Source of the DNA: the human T2T-CHM13v2.0 reference genome, Homo sapiens
DNA length: 64,000 bases
Assembly (NCBI RefSeq): GCF_009914755.1
Contig: NC_060938.1
Reading direction: 5' to 3' (one strand)
Below the pieces are notes generated by a model. It was given only the letters and a program-made list of their open reading frames with translations, was not told where the DNA came from and did not search any database. A program made the position numbers and the translations under genes. Below are positions 45,223-57,765 of this stretch, one piece after another. Positions within the stretch are counted from its first letter, which is position 1. Every line of letters starts with the position of its first letter.

Positions 45223-47019
45223 GTAATAAAATGTTAATGGCAGAACCAGTTGATATGTTTATGGGTATTCACTATAAAATTCTTTCACTTTTGTTTTATG
45301 TTTGAAAAGGTTCATAATAAAATGTTGAGGAAAAAACCGTAAACTCAAAATGTCATTCTGACCCTGAACTATTTACTATTCCATAATTTACTAAGTTAAC
45401 ATCCTACTGATCAGAAAAAATTAATATTTTCTTTAAGGAGCCCTAGCTCTTTTCTAGGCAATACTTTCTTATACTTTGGGAACTTGATGTGTTATATTAT
45501 AGGTAAACATTTTGAAAACAATCACCAGAGAGGTGTTATACAAGAGCATAATGATATTCTATGAGGAAATAGGATCTTATAACCTCAGGGTCAAAATTCC
45601 TAAGAGACTCTTCCCAGAGACTACAATTATATTATTTATATATCATATTATTATATTGTATATTATTATTTATATTATATTTTTTAGGGATTCAGATCAG
45701 CTTACTTTATGTCCCCTAATTTCTGTAGAAAAACTTGGGAAGTAGGCCACATGTAGACAAATTAATAAATTCATGCCTGCTCAAATACAGTTCATTTTTC
45801 CATCCTGCCATTTTCCAGCACTGTATTACTTCTACAGATCTTGCTCTTCTATTATGAGAAGGCAGTTTAGATGCCGCTAAACTCATTCTCTGCTCTGCCC
45901 GCATAATCCTGCAAAGCTGCTGGTGTTGAGGCTTCAGTGTTCCATGCAGAGTGATTTTCCAAGTGATGAAGCAGATTCTAATCAGTCTAAGATCCAACTA
46001 CAGACTGGGAGTTGGACCTCTGCCACCTTTCCCTCCAGCTCTCGCAACACAATGGGGAATTCCTGTGAGGATCACTGGGTACACTTCAAGCTCCCCTGAT
46101 CCTATGGCCTCATTCCAGTCACAGATCTTCCTGTCTGGAGCATTTCCGGCCCTTCTGTCCTTTGGCTTGGAGAGTTCAGCTCAACCTGGGAAGGGACAGA
46201 AGACTTTGGGGTTATCAAAAGCCTGTTGAATTATCTGATGCAAGACTAACTGGTTTGTTTGCCTCCCTGGCTCTCTTCCTGAGCTTCAAAGCAGCTGAGA
46301 AAACAACTTTTTTCTAAGTCTTGGACAAGGAGGAAAACCCTGGCATGAAGGATTTCTGTCGCAGACACTTGGCATAGCTAGAGGAAAGGTTTGTTTAACT
46401 TACCAATGGGTTTTATTAGCCTAGGACTCCAGTTGAAGTGAGATAATAGGGTCCCTGTAGAAGGACATTTCAGTCAGTGGGCTTCCTCCCTAATTTCTCG
46501 ACAGGACCCTTGCATGCAGATGAAAAGCATCAGACACATTCAACAAGGAAATCCCCACTGAATTTATCAACGACCACGTAATCTTGCTGATCATGAGGGA
46601 GACTGAGACAGGATTAAAAAACTAGCAGGACAGGAAATTGTGTATGGATGCAAAGTCATATTGGGGAGCTATCTACTTCAATTGCTTCTTGCTGAACTTC
46701 TCTTTGCTGAACGTATTACATTGTCTCTGGGCCCCACATCTTATAGCAGATAGCAGGGATAGAAAGAAAGCCAGTCCTACCACCTGTCCTTACAGGAAGA
46801 AACTCTTCTGCTTATACTTTTCCTCTGCCAGGTCATTTCACTCTTCCTTTCACCTCCCAACCAATGTGAGATTTGGGGTTGGGGTGGGAAGGGGAAGGAA
46901 ATAGAAGAGAGGAAGAATTCATGACTGGTGTACAGGAAGCCTTCCTGGCACAGGAATTAGAGAAGAGAAAGTAGAAGAATCAGTGCCAGCTTACCCTCAG
47001 CCTCATGGCCGCCTATTCA

Positions 47020-47431
<412 letters not shown>

Positions 47432-49264
47432 AAAAGCAGCCTCCAGGGTAGCCTGTGCCCAAGGTTCCTGACATCTCTGTGCTGCCTGCTCCACACTGGC
47501 CTTCCTAGCCACCCATGGAGAAGGACTGGGCTGGGTTGCCTCAGATGAGGGCCACACCTATACTTTAAAAAGGAGGACCCAGACACTATCCCTAGAAGGT
47601 GTCGCCATCCTGGAGAAGGCCTGGGGTGACTATGCCCAGCACTTTCTGTTCTGTGGCTCCTTTTCCACTTTCTGAGCCTCTTGGAAGTGGGATCAGGCCA
47701 GGAAAAACATGTGATGCTATAGCAAGCTGAAACCAAAGACTTGACTTTGGGCCTGGCCAAGCCGAGAATCTTGGCAGTGATTGACTGGGAAGCCTGCTGT
47801 TTTCTATGGCATTTTCTGAGTCCCCTAACTCTGGGAAGAGGGAACCAGATAAGTCCTAAAAATGGATATGAATCAGTAGAGCTTCTGTGGGTCATCAATT
47901 TGTGCATTTATTCACTCATTCATTCTTGTATTTCATAATGAAGCTTCTCTTACGTATATAGCACCACACTAGAGGTTTGTGGGACCAGAAGGAGCAGCAA
48001 CAACAAGAATGGGTCAAATAGATTATGTTAAATTGAGGTAACATTAACCATAAAACAGTAAAGAAAACTAATAATTAGAGAGTACAGATAAAGTATGAAG
48101 AGATTAGAGAGAGATGACTTTAGGCTGGAGAAATCGGCTGAAGCTTCTGGAAGAGGTGACATTTGTATTTAGACTTTCAGGGATGAAGGGCAGAATGAAG
48201 ACTGCCAGTGTGGAAGCTTGCGAACAGCTGAGGCAGCCCGCACGGATACCCTGTCCAGCTCCCTTCTTTGTCTTGAATCATGCAATATCCATGCAGGGAA
48301 AAAAAAAAAAAAAAAAGCCCTTATTTGCTGTTATGTATCCTGCCTCATTTAATGTATTATCCCAGAAAAGTAGATTGAGTTGTATGTGGCAGATTGGGAG
48401 CTGCCATCATGGTGGTTAAAAGTACAGACCAGGTAGTACAGAACCAGGTAGCCTGGGTTGGAACCCAGCTTCAGTACTTATAAGCTACCTACCTTTGAGG
48501 ATTATTGTGAAGATTAACGTCCATTGGTTGTTGTTGTTCTCATCAGCATTATTACTGTAGGAACCCTGGAAGTCTCCCCTACCCACCCAAGTCCTATTGC
48601 ACTTTCTATCATGACAGACCATTTCTCTTTTTTGAGAGTCTTATATTACAATGCAGACACACCTGAGAGGGCTAATGCGTGAAGGTTTACCAGCCCTCAC
48701 TTTAGGGGTAGAGATAATTAGCTGACAGCTTATTTACTAAGAGCAAAATAGAAACCTGGGGAGAGGGACATAAAAGAAGGAGGAGAGAGTTTACAAGGAG
48801 AAGCCCATGGGCCCCAATGGCCAATTTTCCTTCCACGCTTTATTTAGAGTACATAGGCCTCTGTGTTTCTACTTGTCATTGGAGAGAAACCTCCACACAC
48901 CAGCATAGGGATGAAGTGAAGAACAGTGAGGAAGATGCCTGCCCATCATTCTAGGAGCCCTCAGCTGAAAAGCACCGTATTGGGCCCTAGAGAAGGGAAC
49001 AGAGTGAGATTACAGAAAATGCCCCAGATCTGCTGAGTCCCACTGAAAATTCAGAGCTTGCCTCTAAAAAATAAACTGAGGTAGAAACAGGTAGCAGTAT
49101 TTTAATAAGTGCACATTTACAGAGTGTAAATTGAATCTGCCTGGCCCAGAGTGTGGTACTCAATAAATGTTTGTTGATGGATGGATTGAATGCCCTAGAG
49201 TGAGGAGCACGTAGTGGAATGTCACAGTGGAAAAAGCCCAAAGGCTTCCCTGTATTGTCTGTCT

Positions 49265-49412
49265 TCTGCCACCAGAATGTCAGCTCTATGAGATCAAGGA
49301 CCTCTCTGTCTTATTCCCTGCTCTATCCCCTGCACCTACAACAGTGCCAAGCACAAAGAAAAGAGCCCAGTAAATATTTGTGGATTGAATAAGTGCATGG
49401 ATGGGTGGGTGG
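49265..49412 (+). mobile_element. L2 3' end
   Basis: ccagaatgtcagctctatgag...ctctatcccctgcacctacaacagtgcc...cagtaaatatttgtggattgaat. Confidence 0.75.
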
Positions 49413-49511
49413 ATGGCACAAATAACGAAAATTGCTTCCAGATGGTAGTGGGATTGGGGATCCAGCATCGAGTACATATTGGATATACCTTAAATGTTCC
49501 TCCAAAGAATT

Positions 49512-49637
49512 GATGGATAGTTGGATCAATTAATCAAAACAGAGTCTCACGATGTTGCCCAGGCTGGTCTCAAACTCCTGGCCTCCAGCAGTCCTCCTGC
49601 CTCAACTTCCCAAAGTGCTGAGATTACAGGCCCGACA
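49512..49637 (-). mobile_element. FLAM-type Alu monomer
   Basis: acagagtctcacgatgttgcccaggctggtctcaaactcctggcctc...cccaaagtgctgagattacagg; TSD cctccaaagaatt at 49499-49511 and 49638-49650. Confidence 0.85.
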
Positions 49638-50303
49638 CCTCCAAAGAATTTTAAAATATGGGTGACCACTTTCCTTGCAAGGATAGGTAAAGAGAGGAGA
49701 AAGTGTATTTGTTAGAGTGCAGTTAAAGCCAAGCTGGTCTGATATGAAGGAAATATTCAAGAAGAAACAATTTGGCTATTTGTGGGAGATGGGATTAACT
49801 GCCCACATACCACATACCTACCACAAGGAGCCCCAGGCTTTCTGAGCCACATATATCTACACTCATTCTTGCTCAGTTACATATTTCTTTGAACCCTCAG
49901 ACTTCCAAAGCCAACTTTCACACATTGCACACAGGTTTGAGTGCGATCAGAATTTTTCACTAGGGCCCTGTTGTTTTATTAAGTACCTAGGCCTCCCTGC
50001 AGGGCACCATGTATTGAAGAAGATAGAATGATACTTGAAAACCACCTAAGTCAGACAATGATTAGAACTCCCCAGATTTATGGGATGGATGAACATCTGA
50101 ACCAGCACAGCCTAAATTACCTGCTGGGGGGTTGTCTGCTTTAGAAGAGGATAGTTTATAGTTTGAATGGCAGAAGGGTCATGGGGCATTAATTCAGATC
50201 AAAAAAAGGGAGGAATCTATATGTATCCACAAAGATACATGGCAAGCGTCACTTTTTTTCCTGAAATATATTGGGCTAGAAAGCTAATTTACACTTCCCC
50301 TCA

Positions 50304-50669
50304 CTAGTATATAATACTATAGAATCTTCAGGTTAGAAAACTCAAAAGCAATGTGCATCTTCATATAGTATATACTACTAGCATATAATATTACAGAATC
50401 TTCAGGTTAGAAAACTCATAGTGAAAGCAATATACATCTTAATATAGTATATGCTAGTATATAATATTACAGAATCTTCAGGTTAGAAAACTCATAGTGA
50501 AAGCAATATGCATCTTCACATAATATGTACTAGTGTATAATACTAGCATATGACAGAATCTTCAGGTTAGAAAACTCATAGTAAAAGCAATATGCATCTT
50601 CACATAGTATATACTAGTATATAATATTATAGAATCTTCAGGTTAGAAAACCCATAGAAAAGCAATATG
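50304..50669. repeat. Minisatellite, ~76-bp unit, ~5 copies
   Basis: Invariant core agaatcttcaggttagaaaa at 50321, 50395, 50471, 50555 and 50631 (periods 74, 76, 84, 76). Confidence 0.96.
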
Positions 50670-50689
50670 AATTTTCACTCCAGTCCTCT

Positions 50690-51830
50690 TACCATGATGT
50701 TTGCATTGAAGTGTTTGTGGTCATTGATTGCTTTGGGCCTCTAACCACCTTCTTGTTTGTCATTTTTTCTTTTGGAATTTGGGCCCCAGTCCAAACACAT
50801 TGCATCAGGCATGGTTTCCTGGGTGAGGAGGAGAGCAGGACTATCACCTCCCTTGTTCCACATACTATATCTCCATTGATATAACCTGAGAACTTGCTAG
50901 ATTTTTGAAAATTACATCTCACAGCTGACTAATATTGAACTATAGTTAACCAACATTCCATTTTCTGAATGCTGAATCTCATTCTGGCTGTTCCATAATG
51001 AATCATTGGTGCTCTGTTCTCAAGGACAAGGCATTTCATTTAGTTCAATAAAATTGCATCCCAAACAATGTGTAGGATTTGTTCCAACATTCTAACCAAA
51101 TTGAGATTTGTTTTGATATCATGTTTATCTGATCTAATATATGACCTCTTTCTCTAAATTTTTTGTCTTCTGTTACCTTCCCATCAATTCAGCATCTCAT
51201 CATTGGGTTTAGTTACATGATTCACAAGTCCAAATGTCACCTCTTCAGTGAGATCTCATGATACTCTATTCAAAATTGATGCCCCCACCTCCAATCCAGT
51301 ACACTTCCTGTATTCTTTATCTGCTCTTTTCATCCATTGCACATATACTCATTGAACATAACATATTTTATTTATTTTGTACTTCTTATCTTTCTTTAGA
51401 ATGTAAGCTCTATTAGAGGAGCAGTTTTTGTCAGTTCTGTTCCCTGCTAGATTTCATATTTGTTGTATGGGTGTAATTGAATACATCAGCAATCTTATTC
51501 AAGTCAGTAAGACCAAGCTAGAATTCTGTACATTCTACTAGAGGTTGCTGCCCCTCACCAGGTTACTACTGACCTTTTGGTCACTCACAAGTCCACTTAA
51601 TGGTATTAGCACCCAGCTCAACTTATCTTCACTTTATCCAGAAGGCTATCAAGAGAGTTTGTCACATTTTTTGCTGAAATCAGATATTTTTTATTGGTGC
51701 TAGCCCTCTGATCTATCACTCTGGAAGTTCTTTTCCAAAGAAAGGAAATGGAATTCATCTGACATAACTTATCACTTCCTTTTTTCTGACTGCACACAGA
51801 TCATCCTTTTGATGACTCATTATAAATCCT
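50690..51830 (-). mobile_element. L3/CR1 LINE relic, interrupted by an L2 3' fragment (~51225-51482, +)
   Basis: ORF 50689-50922 (GYINGDIVCGTREVIVLLSSS...CVWTGAQ) resembles the CR1 RT C-terminus GCINRSIVSRSREVIVPLYSAL...CVQFWAP; 51659-51686 antisense tatctgatttcagcaaaaaatgtgacaa is a degenerate YLDFSKAFD. Confidence 0.7.
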
Positions 51831-52393
51831 GCTCCAGAAGGACAGTGCATTAATCAGTGACCTGTCCGAACTCTTTGATTTCCGGCAGAGAGGTCCCTCC
51901 AGGTGTGAGATCCTTTTGGCTGGGGTTCAGGGCTTGCTCATAGACTGGCTATTAGAAGGTGGAGTTAGCACCACAGAGTTGGAAGGCTTAGGCTCAGATG
52001 CCATTCTTGTGTCTCATTGAAATATTACATTCTTTTTTTCTGGGTCTCAGTTTCTGCAGTGCATAAAATAAAAAGGGTAATATTTTTAAAAATATAGCAT
52101 GATACTTTATTTATTGCTATTTACACCCTTTTGGTTTCATGTCTAGTTGCTACATACAGACAACAAAGATCTGAGATTTTTTTATATGTTTAGTTTATTT
52201 TTACTGCTATTTGATCTAAAGGATTTACGTTTATCTTATCCATTTCCTTTTTTACCACTCTTTCTGGCACAGCTATAGTTTAGGCCCTTATCATCTCATC
52301 ACTGAATTATTGGAGTTGCTTCCTAACTGGCCCCACATCTCCCATCTCTTGCTTCTCCATCTTAGACTCTTCAATCAGGCTAATTGCCTAGAA

Positions 52394-52559
52394 CCTGGCT
52401 ACTCAAAATGTAGTCTATGAACCACAGCATCATCGTCTCTTGGGAGCCTGTTAGAAATGCAGACTCTCTCAGGCTCCACTCAAAACCTAAAGAATCAGAA
52501 TATGTAGGTCAACAGGACCCATAGGTGATGCAAACCCACATTAAAATCGAGAACCACTG
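52394..52559. mobile_element. MER5A hAT-Charlie MITE
   Basis: gctactcaaaatgtagtc...cagcatc...gggagcctgttagaaatgcaga...gaatcagaa...cacattaaaatcgagaaccactg. Confidence 0.8.
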
Positions 52560-52620
52560 TTTTTTCTTCTACCATGCCATTCCCCTTCTAAGGGATATCC
52601 TTAAAATTCACATTGAACCG

Positions 52621-52984
<364 letters not shown>

Positions 52985-53394
52985 TCAGGCAGAAAGCAAT
53001 CTACCTTAATTTTCAAATGAGATATTTTTGACATGAAAGTGTAAATTCCCACCTATACTTTCTTCTCATTGGTTCTGAGAATGATGAATTAGTGTATCTA
53101 AATAACTTTAGAACATTTGTAAAAATTACTGCAACTCAACTGGAGACTTTCTTCTGGTAGGAGCCAAGTATATTGTTATTTGGTGAGTGAGGGTTAAGGG
53201 AACCATATGTGATGGGTTAGTTGGAAATGTTCCTATTATTTATTGTGAACTTATTTTGTGTTTGACACAGTGACAGGTATTTTGTATACTTAATTTAATC
53301 CTCATAATAATGCCACTTAGGAAGGTGTTTTTATCACCATTTTACAGGTGGGGAAACTGAGACTTAACAAGTTTAGGTTGTCCAGAGTCACAGT

Positions 53395-53818
53395 TTTGGT
53401 TAGAATTCAGGCTGCACTGTAGCATCAAAGATGTCAAAATACAGTGGTTGAGCCAAGTGGCTCTGCCCTGAGAGGACTGGTGACCCCGAGTGGGAGACAC
53501 TGATGCTCTCTGAAGCCACCCAGCTTCCCTCTCTCATGCTGCCTTGTCATCCCCAGAGTGTTGTCCACACCCATTTGCTTGGATCTGGTTCCTGCCTTGG
53601 GAAGAGCGAAAGAGAAAGTGGAGGGCACGCAGTTTTCTTATGAAAACATAATCCAGAATTTCTACCTATCATTTGTACTCACATTCTGCTAGTCAAAGCT
53701 TGGTCACATAGCCACACCTACTTGCAAAAGAAGCAGAGAAATGTGGAAACTTGGGGAGTTATTTACTAAAGGGAAGAAGGGGAATGGCTGCTAGAGGAAA
53801 ATTGTAGGCTCTGCCATA
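53395..53818 (-). mobile_element. MLT1 (I/J-type) LTR nested in a MIR (~53235-53890)
   Basis: ctcacattctgctagtcaaagcttggtcacatagccacacctacttgcaa...gaaatgt...ctctgccata; MIR core catttttacaggtggggaaactgag upstream. Confidence 0.6.
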
Positions 53819-54149
53819 GGCTCCTAGCCAATCAGTGGAAGAGCTAGATTCCAAGCCTATGACTAAAACCTGTGATCTTTTCATCACATTTTCCCACCAC
53901 TTCTCATAGTTGACAGCAAATATTTGTTGAATTAAGATAGGCCAAGATATTATATATAAGCCTTTTGATCATTTGAAATTGTTTCTTCCTTCTCTCTTGC
54001 CTCCCTGATTACCTACACGGTTCAGTGTTCAAACTGTCTTTGTTTCTGATAATGTTTTAATGTGTAAAACAGGAAACTGATAATTAATCTTCTTCAGTAG
54101 AAATACTATAATAAAATAATCTACTAATTATTAGAGGTTCTGTAGAACC

Positions 54150-55040
54150 ATATGAGATGTGATAATGGCTTAATGATACTGATTTTTTTAAATGATCAAA
54201 TAACCATCTCCTTTAAAATAAGTGTTGTCTTAGGAAAATGCCATTGCTGAAAACATTTTTTGATATTTTGGCTGGTATATCAGTTAACTCTTGCTGCACG
54301 CACTAATGCTTCATGACTCCACTACCAAAATCTCAGAGGCACACAGTGATATTTAACTTGTGTATCTGTGGGTCTCTAGGGGTCAACTCTTTAGCCTGAG
54401 CCTTCCTGGCCAACTCTGTTTCAGGTATCTATTGCCCTTCTTCTGAGATAGCAGACTAGCATGGACATATTTTTCTCTGACAATGGCACAAACGTTAAGA
54501 GAACAACTAGAAATACTTGAGGCTTTTTGAGGCCTCGGCTGGGAACTGGCACAACCTATGTCATGCCACCTGGCAAGTCATATGCCCAAACCCACAATCA
54601 AGGGCCATGGGAAATGCTCTACACCTTAAGTAATAGAAAATGTAGTCACGTAGTAGAGGGTTTGGTGAAGGACCAGGGCCAACAAAGAAACCTTCAATTG
54701 CTTTGCCTTTCGCAAGTTATTTTGAATATTTGCAGTGATAGTAAATCTTTTAAAGGTAGCTTTGAATTTTTTTAGTAAAACAGCTAAGTTTATAAATAAA
54801 ATTAGAGAATCAAGCTAGGTTTATTTTTGGGCAGAAAGGTAGCTATTTAAGCATGTGTTATAAAATAATGAGACTTATTTCTAGAAGAATTGATTCAAGA
54901 ATATGGCATTTGATGACAGAATAGTTGGAATAAGCATACAGCCTTTTAAGGTGACCACTTTGAAAGGATAACACTCATTTAAACATTGGGTTATAAAATG
55001 GTTTTTTTTTTTTTAAATAAGCCTTGTGACTTACAGTCCT
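54150..55040. mobile_element. MARNA (mariner-derived) relic interrupted by an MLT1H-like LTR (~54277-54700, -)
   Basis: ttggaataagcatacagccttttaaggtgaccactttgaaaggataacactcattt resembles MARNA; ggcaagtcatatgcccaaacccacaatcaagggccatgggaaat resembles MLT1H. Confidence 0.55.
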
Positions 55041-57514
55041 ATGTTACCACTTTGTCTCAAAGTGGGAAGGGGAGTGAATAGAGGCCCATCCCTGATCCTT
55101 TGACTAACCCTAGAAAAATGTGCTTTATGTGCAGATTCTTATTGCCAAGTCCCCTCTGGCTCCCTTCACCTCATTTGTCTACACCATCAAGGAGGAAGGC
55201 CTGGTTCTTCAAGGTAAGATCCTTGGATTAAGCCATTTCTTTAAGCTTATGCTCAGTGCTGCCCATTGCTAGTGGTAATTAGTGCTATGGTTCTGATAGA
55301 AGCTAGCTCCAGACAGAATCAAAAACCAAGATGCATTGGCCAGTGATATTTACCCTAGTGAGAGCAAGAGAGCGGCAGTTGTGGCAAGAATTTGACAGAG
55401 AAGATTGAGGTAGGGCCGAAGGAGACCTACAGAATTTCCTAACAGAATGAGACAATCAAAACATGAGGATCAAACCAAGAAAGCTCGGAATTGCTACCAC
55501 CCCATTCCTCTTTGCAGATCCTATGGCATGAAGTGGGCAATGATTCTGACACCAGTGTGGAGGTGAGGAGCCAGTGCTGCCCCAGAGCCTTCTTGCTTAA
55601 CAAGCTAAAGAACCATCTGGGTTGGCAGCCTCTGGGGCACAATGTCATGGCTCCATGAGCCCTACTTCCCTGACTCCTTCTGGTTATCTTGTTTCCTTTT
55701 CCTGTCCTGTCCTGACATGGTCTTCCTGCTGGGGACCAGACCTTTAGGACCTGCACCTTGTGACGTGAGCCCAGGACTTAGAAGGAGCTGAGTTCTTGCT
55801 TAGGGTATAGCACCCTGAGGCCACATCCTGGAACTCACTGATCTACAATGGTGATTCATTCTCAGATGCTAGATACGCCAGTGGTTAGGAAAGGCACCCG
55901 ATTACAGGTCTTTCCAGAAAGCAATTAACATGAAGGGGTAAATTCCAGCACTGTTAGAAGAGTCAGCCCACAATGTCAGATGTACAAAACTGCTTTGTGG
56001 ATGAGGAAGGATCTGCACAGAAGTGCTCAGGATACACATCTGTCCTCTGCTGTGGGGCAGGAGACCCCAACCACAGAGATGCTTAGGTGAATATCTGGCC
56101 TGACCCTAGAGGAGCATATTGTCACTGCTGTCCATGGGAGAAGTCCTGCCCTGAAGGATTTATAAGTTAAATATTTTTCCCAGGTTTATGAAACAGGGCA
56201 GTCCCTGTAATTTCCCCATGGAGACACAATGCAGTGCAAAGACCTAGCAGGGAATATGCAGGGCAGGCTGGAGAGTTCATGCTTCTAACTAAGGAACAGG
56301 CTGCAGCCTTCCCTTTCCTTCCCCTTCTAAAATGTCTGCTTCTTAATGGACTCACAAAGCGGCATGTTTGTTTGGTGCAGCTGAGCTCCACAGCGGGGAC
56401 TCTCAGGTCCACGAAATTTGGGGTGAGAACTACGACCTTTGGCTCTTAGCCTTTGACTTATGCTATCCAAGTTCCTTGGTAAATATTTTTTTTTACAATT
56501 GCAAATAGTGTTTTCTGACAAAGGAGCAGAGATTTTAACACCAGATTAAGCAAAGCAAACAGCAGGCCTCTTTGTTACATACTCTCTACGGGTGTATAAC
56601 TAATAAGCAATCAGAAAGCTGGACTTTTATTTACCCAGTACACAGGGTGGCATTCAGCTCTTCATTTTTAGAGGCCTTCTTAAAAGATTAGAAGTATAGT
56701 AAGTAGCAAATTTCGTTGAAGATTTCAAGAAATTCTATGGAAGATTACAAGACAATTTCAGGAGGAAAAAAGTTTGTTCTGCTCAGATGACGTGTGTGAA
56801 GAGGCTTGATGTGATACACGCACCCTGATCACTAGGCATTTTGTTAAATAGCATTTCTAAGCCCGGTCAAATCTGGATAACTTTTGGGATAACATTTGTG
56901 AGAAGAAGAGTCACTGAGTTGCCTCTCTGATGTTCATTGCTAAGATCATGATTTTAAGAGGGAAGAGAAAGTTATTTAGAGAAAGTAGAGCCTGGAAATA
57001 CAATGAATTGGTAGAGTTTAAAAAACTGCAAGGAATGACTTTTCGAAAAAGTTGGAAAACAGGGGAGAAAGTGGATCACTAAAGGAGGCTGACCTGGAGC
57101 TGTGTCCAGGAAAGAGAAAAATTCAGGAAAATGTCTTATAATTCAAGAACAACAACCAGTAAATAAAATGCTTGGTTAGGAGACCTCAGAACCTCACCTG
57201 GTTGCTTTCTAAGTTGTTTTCTCTATCCCACTCCCCCAAGCTACACATCCCTCTCTGAGGTTTCCCAGAAGCAGTGGAACACCTCTGCTTTTACCAGCAA
57301 TGCCCTTGAAAACAAACCTCTTGGCACACTCTGCCTTCTTGCTGTGTGCTCCCAAAGACTTTGGGAAAACAAAAAATGCAGGTCCCCAGAAAATGCAGGC
57401 CCCTCATTTACTAGAAAGAACCTTTGGATTTTACCTTCAGCTTTGGTATGATCTTGAGAAAATCTCTGGGCCTTGCTTTTGTCAGCTGGAAAATGAAAAC
57501 ATTAACCTTGATTC

Positions 57515-57765
57515 AAGACTTTGAAAACTGTCGCAACCCATTGGTGGGTCATGAAGTGAAATTGATGAATCACAACCAGCATTTGAAAACAGAGAGAGAG
57601 AGAAGACAGAAGAAAGAGTGAAGAAAAAATATCAGATTATATCACACATATTGTTTCATTTCATAAAATATTTCTTGTGTGATTGTGTGTTTGTGAATGT
57701 CCACATACATTATGAGTTTGTGTGGGGGCTGCAGCATAAAACGTTTTTCTTACGTGGATTGTTGT
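57515..57765. mobile_element. hAT-Charlie non-autonomous DNA transposon
   Basis: aaactgtcgcaacccattggtgggtcatgaa...aaccagcatt...aaaatatcaga...tattgtttcat. Confidence 0.55.

Noticed and set aside
50304-50669. CRISPR-like repeat-spacer array
   Set aside because: Spacers are homologous to each other, the context is primate DNA and there are no cas genes; it is a minisatellite
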